Shown here piece by piece: positions 59,614 through 64,000 of a DNA stretch of 64,000 nt. Below the pieces are notes generated by a model. That model had not been told where the DNA came from and did not search any database. It was given only the letters and a program-made list of their open reading frames with translations. Where the stretch lies: positions 40,529 through 104,528 of the forward strand of contig JALHMH010000015.1 in NCBI GenBank assembly GCA_022844165.1, read 5' to 3'. How positions within the stretch are numbered: position 1 is the stretch's first letter; every line of letters begins with the position of its first letter. The stretch comes from Lysobacterales bacterium. Its GTDB lineage: Bacteria > Pseudomonadota > Gammaproteobacteria > Xanthomonadales > SZUA-5. The translations under genes and the position numbers were made by a program.

Positions 59614-60174
59614 TCAGCGAGGATTTGCTTCAGACGCTACCGTCATATCTGGGTGCAGAAATTCCACTTTCAGCGGTTGCCCAAGCAGCCGTTCCATCGG
59701 CATTGGCCAGCCGCCGAGATTTTTGAGTTTCTCGAGCGCTTGCTGCGGCGTATGGGCTCGGTACTTGACCAGCCAGGCCGCATACACTTGAGCCGCTCGC
59801 CCGCCGCTGGCGCAATGCAGCAGAACCTGACCTTCCTCACGCTCCATCGCCGCGGCAAATGCCTCCAGATGCTGTGGCGAATAAGGTTGGTCGCTGCCGC
59901 TGACCGGCAGATGCATGTAGCTCAAGCCGAGCTGTTCGGCGGCCGCGCCTTCGTCGTAAGCGACGGTCTTCATTTCTTCGGCACTCCGCAAATTCAACAC
60001 AGAGCGCGTGCCGGTTCTTGCGAGCGCCTCAAGATCGAGCAAGGTCGGCTGGGCTCCGATGAACAGCTGGCCATCGCGATGCGTGGATTGCAAGTAAGTT
60101 GACGTCGATTCCGTCGCCGGTCGTGTTACGCAGCCGGTGAGCAGCGCGAAAAGCAGCAGCGGCGCAATGCGCAT
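59614..60174 (-). CDS. Lipoprotein with PTP-like/DUF442 (sulfur transferase-like) domain
   Basis: LTGC lipobox; AQP, V.NLR, VLLHCASGGRA. Confidence 0.85.
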   Translation of the reverse strand: MRIAPLLLFALLTGCVTRPATESTSTYLQSTHRDGQLFIGAQPTLLDLEALARTGTRSVLNLRSAEEMKTVAYDEGAAAEQLGLSYMHLPVSGSDQPYSPQHLEAFAAAMEREEGQVLLHCASGGRAAQVYAAWLVKYRAHTPQQALEKLKNLGGWPMPMERLLGQPLKVEFLHPDMTVASEANPR

Positions 60175-60439
60175 GGTTTACTCCTGTGTGAGCCCAGCGA
60201 CAGGCTAACGCCGAGCGCTACCCGCGCTGGCTCAACTCGGCGCGAGAATCGGTCCACTCGGGCCGAAGGTTTCCTGAGTGCAGCGTCGTTGAACTGCAGC
60301 GTTGGGCCATGAACGTTGTGACTGTCGCGGACTCCAAAGCGGTCCTGATTGAAAAGAAGATCCTTGCAACAACGTGGCACGCTGCAACATTTCCAAGCGT
60401 TGTTTAGCGATACACTGCCCGAGAGTTTGGAGAGCGATC

Positions 60440-61780
60440 ATGCAACGTTTCCTTTGGATGGTTCTGGTTGCGCCGATGGCGCAGGGTGCGCAAATCGAGC
60501 GTACGACGCTGGCGAAGTTTTTGACATCGCCGCCAGCTCAGCAAGTCCAGTTGCACGGCTTGGTCGGCGCGCGCGGACCGGTGACGTTACGACTCGAACG
60601 CTTCGATCCCATCGCCGCTGACGCCAGGTTCGTTGTTGTCGAGAAGGCGGGCGAGCGTGAAGTCGAACGCCCCGACTCGCGGTTCTACCGAGGCAAAGCA
60701 CTCGGCGCCGGCAGCGGCGAGGCATTTCTGGCGATCCACAGCGACGGCAGTTATCACGGCATCGTGCAGGACGGCAACGGTACGTCGGTCATTGCGCCCG
60801 ATGGCGATCGTTTCGCGCTTAAGTTGATCGAAGATGCAGCATCGCCTTTTGAGTGTGCTGTACACGATCACGCGCGCATGCAGTCACCGCTGACCACCGC
60901 CGAATTGCCGACCTTCGCCGCGCGTTTCCCGGAAGGTGTGCAGTACAACGCGCGCGTGGCGATCGACACAGACCAGGAATACCTGGCGCGCTTTGGCGGC
61001 AACACCACCAACGCCACCAACTATTTGACCACCCTCATCGCTTACATGTCGACGCTGTACACCACCGGCGTCGACACACAAATGCAACTGTCGTTTTCGC
61101 GACTGTGGACAACCACTGATCCGTGGGTACAAACCGATACTGGCTGCATGCTGCTCGAAGTCGGCAAACACTGGAACGACAATATGGGCGCGGAGGTGCG
61201 CGCATTGATGCACTTCGTCAGTGGCAAGAACTCGTTGTCGGGTATCGCCTGGGTCGGCGAGGTTTGCAGCGGTCCTTTCCCGACAAGCCCCGCGGCCCTC
61301 GGCCTGACATGCCCTGGGATGACCGGTTCCAGCAATTACGGCGGCGCATACGGCGTCACCAGTGGTGTTAGCGGCAGTTTCAATCCTGGCAACCCGGTGG
61401 TGGTCTGGGACTCGCTCGCTCTGGCACATGAGATCGGTCACAACTTCAATTCGAAGCACACGCATTGTTATGGTGGCATCGGAGGCATCGCCAATCCCCC
61501 AATCGACACATGTTCGAACTTAGAGGCTGGTCAAACGGGATGTCATAGCGGGACGCAGTCGCTTCCTGGACTTGCAGGCCAAGGTAGCGGCACAATCATG
61601 AGTTATTGCCACCTGTTGAGTCCCGGACTGTCCAACATCACGATGACCTTCGGCCAAGGTCACGGTTTCGGTGTTCTGCCGGGCAGGGTCAATGACGTGA
61701 TGCGCGCGGAAGCGCAGGCGAATGCCGCTTGTTTGGCTTTGCCGGCAAATCCGAACATCTTCGCCAACGGATTCGAGTAA
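60440..61780 (+). CDS. Secreted M12 (reprolysin-like) zinc metallopeptidase
   Basis: Signal peptide, HEIGHNFNSKH, Met-turn TIMSY, C-terminal NIFANGFE. Confidence 0.9.
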   Translation: MQRFLWMVLVAPMAQGAQIERTTLAKFLTSPPAQQVQLHGLVGARGPVTLRLERFDPIAADARFVVVEKAGEREVERPDSRFYRGKALGAGSGEAFLAIHSDGSYHGIVQDGNGTSVIAPDGDRFALKLIEDAASPFECAVHDHARMQSPLTTAELPTFAARFPEGVQYNARVAIDTDQEYLARFGGNTTNATNYLTTLIAYMSTLYTTGVDTQMQLSFSRLWTTTDPWVQTDTGCMLLEVGKHWNDNMGAEVRALMHFVSGKNSLSGIAWVGEVCSGPFPTSPAALGLTCPGMTGSSNYGGAYGVTSGVSGSFNPGNPVVVWDSLALAHEIGHNFNSKHTHCYGGIGGIANPPIDTCSNLEAGQTGCHSGTQSLPGLAGQGSGTIMSYCHLLSPGLSNITMTFGQGHGFGVLPGRVNDVMRAEAQANAACLALPANPNIFANGFE

Positions 61781-61794
61781 GGTTGGTGGCAGAC

Positions 61795-62430
61795 TAGATA
61801 TGTTGAAAGACGCAGCCTTCGCCAGACCGGCGATGAGCAATCGCCATTACATCGAATTGGTCGACTGCACCGGTCGCCAACTCAGGCCCGGCAAACGTTA
61901 CAGGTCGATTTTGGGAGGGGCGATTTAAGAGCCAACTGCTCGACGACGAAGCAGGTCTTGCTGCGGCAATGGCATACGTTGATCTCAATCCAGTGCGCGC
62001 CGGCATCGCGGACAGCATCGAGAGCAGCGATCACACCAGCGTCCAGGTGCGTGCCGAGGAACTGCGCAAAGATCCCAGCAAAGCGGACGAGCAAATCCAA
62101 CCCGTTGCCGGCGTTCGGCTTGGATTAGATATGTTGAAAGACCAAGCCTTTGCCAGACTGGCGATGAGCAATCGCCAGTACATTGAGCTGGTCGACTACA
62201 CCGGCCGCCAACTCAAGCCCGGCAAACGCGGCAAGATTGATGAGCGAGAGCCGACGGCACTGAGCAAGCTTGGACTCGACACCAACTACTGGACCGCGCA
62301 CGTCAAAGGCGTCGGCTCAGGCTATTGGCGCTTCATTGCCAGCGTGGAAGCGCTCGAAGCCAAGGCCGCACAGTGGAAACAGCAGTGGCTCAAAGGCATC
62401 GGCTATGCCCGGAGCCTTGTGACCGGCTGA
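61795..62430 (+). pseudogene. 5'-truncated RAYT-like (Y1 HUH) transposase with a duplicated internal fragment
   Basis: From ~61902: GRFWEGRFKSQLLDDE...MAYVDLNPVRA...HTS...YIELVD.TGR...GKRG; 61795-61897 is a diverged 103 bp copy of 62126-62228. Confidence 0.85.
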
Positions 62431-62589
62431 GAGACTCACATGGGATTTTGGGCGCCGCTGGCGTCTGGCGGCGTTGGTCGCGCGCGCAAGATCACCTACC
62501 TTCGAATAACGATTTCATCGTCGGAACGCCTGTTCGGCGTTCAGAACCGCCTACGCAGTTCGAAAACTGGGTGTCTTCGTTCTCGTTCT

Positions 62590-63440
62590 TTCTGGGTTCG
62601 GCATCGCTCGAGTTGATTTCGCGCGCAACCGAAAGCTTGGCCGGCCGCATTGCCTATGTCGAAATGCGTACTTTGAGCGCTTTGGAAGTGGTGCCAACGC
62701 ATGCCCAGTTGGAGACGCTCTGGCTGCGCGGCGGGTTTCCCGACAGCTTGACGGCAGAGGGCGACAACGCCAGCTTGGCGTGGCGCACCGACTTTGTCCG
62801 CAGTTACCTGGAACGCGACGTACCGATGTTCGCGCCACGTATGCCGGCCACGACGATCGGTCGATTGTGGACCATGCTGGCGCATAGCCAGGGGACGCTC
62901 TTGAACAGCGCTCGACTGGCGCAGGCGCTAGGCGTCTCGGCGCCCATGGTGGGCCGCTACCTGGACTTGCTGGAGGATCTGCTTCTGGTACGTCGCCTGG
63001 CGCCCTGGCATGGCAATATCGCCAAGCGGTTGGTCAAGAGTCCGAAGGTATACCTACGCGATTCCGGCCTGGTCCATGCCTTGTTGGAAATCGAGACGCT
63101 GCACCAGCTGCTGGGCCATCCGGTCGTAGGCATGAGTTGGGAGGGGTTTGTCATCGAAAACCTGTTGGCCGCAGCCGGACCTGGTTCGATACCGCTGCAC
63201 TTTCGCACTGCCGATGGTGCGGAGATCGATCTGTTGCTTGAGCGGGCGGGCCAACCGGCCTTCGCCATCGAGATCAAACGCTCGTCGGCGCCGGTGCCCA
63301 GTCCTGGTTTTTACCGCGCTGCGCAAGCCATTGGCGCGCAGCACAAGGTGCTCGTGGCGCCCGTTGGCGATAGCTATCGGACCAAGGACGATGTGGTGGT
63401 GATGGACGTATTGGCGGCTGTGAAGTTGCTTAGTCGCTAA
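62590..63440 (+). pseudogene. 5'-truncated AAA+ ATPase / DUF4143 protein
   Basis: LGSAS...ESLAGR, LWLRGGFP, KRLVKSPKVY.RDSG, GAEIDLL, EIK; Walker A region and start missing. Confidence 0.8.
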
Positions 63441-63569
63441 GGTGCGTTTGGGTGATGGCATGCAGTTTCAGAATGGCAGTCACCATCCTGTACTGCCACG
63501 AGCCCTGCCAAGAAGACACTCGTTCCGCGGTGTTCGACTTGGTGTTTCCGCCTTGGTCATGAAGGGCGA

Positions 63570-63727
63570 GAGATCCGAGACAGCGGCGAGATCCCTGAGA
63601 GAGATCCGAGACAGCAGACAGAGATCCGACGACAGAGATCCGCAGAGATCCGACAGAGATCCGAGACAACCACTCTTCGCCGCCATGGGCGAAGAGATCC
63701 GAGACAACCACTCTTCGCCGCCATGGG
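63570..63727. repeat. Irregular tandem array of GAGATCC-containing REP-like units
   Basis: Eight GAGATCC cores (63570, 63588, 63601, 63621, 63635, 63645, 63656, 63694); the last two begin a 38 bp-spaced direct repeat. Confidence 0.8.
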
Positions 63728-63857
63728 TATTGGAATCCCGTAGCCACCTGGCGAAGCGGCGAAATGACCCCGATCACATTCGCTGTCAGAAAATTCTGAC
63801 ACCACTTTCAGCGTACGCCCTACAGACAAGCTCAGCGGTCATCGCAATGATCGCCGC

Positions 63858-64000
63858 ATGACTCAAGCCCGCCACCTCACTGTCGCCGAAGGCCAGCAAG
63901 GCCTCTATCACTGCGTCGCACGTTGCGTGCGGCGCGCGTGGCTGTGCGGCATTGATCCGATCACGGGAGTGGACTACGAGCACCGCAAGACGATGATCGC
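63858..64000 (+). CDS. RAYT-like (Y1 HUH) transposase, N-terminal part; runs off the window's right edge
   Basis: Manual translation MTQARHLTVAEGQQGLYHCVARCVRRAWLCGIDPITGVDYEHRK matches the YHC..RCVRRA.LCG...EHR N-terminus of this family. Confidence 0.88.
   Translation, partial: MTQARHLTVAEGQQGLYHCVARCVRRAWLCGIDPITGVDYEHRKTMI

Noticed and set aside
62325-62589. N-terminal part of the 371 aa ORF as the true ATPase start
   Set aside because: It overlaps the transposase end and REP-like DNA and has no Walker A motif; it is a chance open frame.
63570-63727. CRISPR array
   Set aside because: Units are short and irregular, there are no unique spacers of constant length, and no cas genes are in the window.

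Overview
GC-rich gammaproteobacterial chromosome segment; gene content and repeat types suggest a Xanthomonadales/Lysobacterales-like organism (inference). Most of it is housekeeping: hslUV, ribB, serC-serA-pheA-hisC-aroA-cmk-rpsA-ihfB-lapAB-glycosyltransferase-dehydratase, bamE/fur, dksA, heme A/O and cytochrome oxidase assembly genes, tRNA-Phe(GAA) and tRNA-Ser(CGA). The accessory or unusual parts are: (1) a bacterial protein with the motif set of eukaryotic protein-arginine methyltransferases plus an extra N-terminal domain; (2) a three-gene cNMP-FHA / coiled-coil-FHA / STAS signalling cluster beside an A/T-richer SET-domain + membrane protein pair; (3) a decayed ~5.5 kb phage-satellite-like island next to tRNA-Ser, with an integrase stub, an FRG protein, an AlpA-like gene, an HTH gene followed by four palindromic iteron-like sites, and envelope cargo; (4) a ~226 bp hairpin-rich element present twice in opposite orientation; (5) toxin-antitoxin insertions inside the aromatic amino acid operon; (6) a RAYT-like transposase/REP patchwork at the right end. 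All calls come from motif recognition by eye; no database searches were run.
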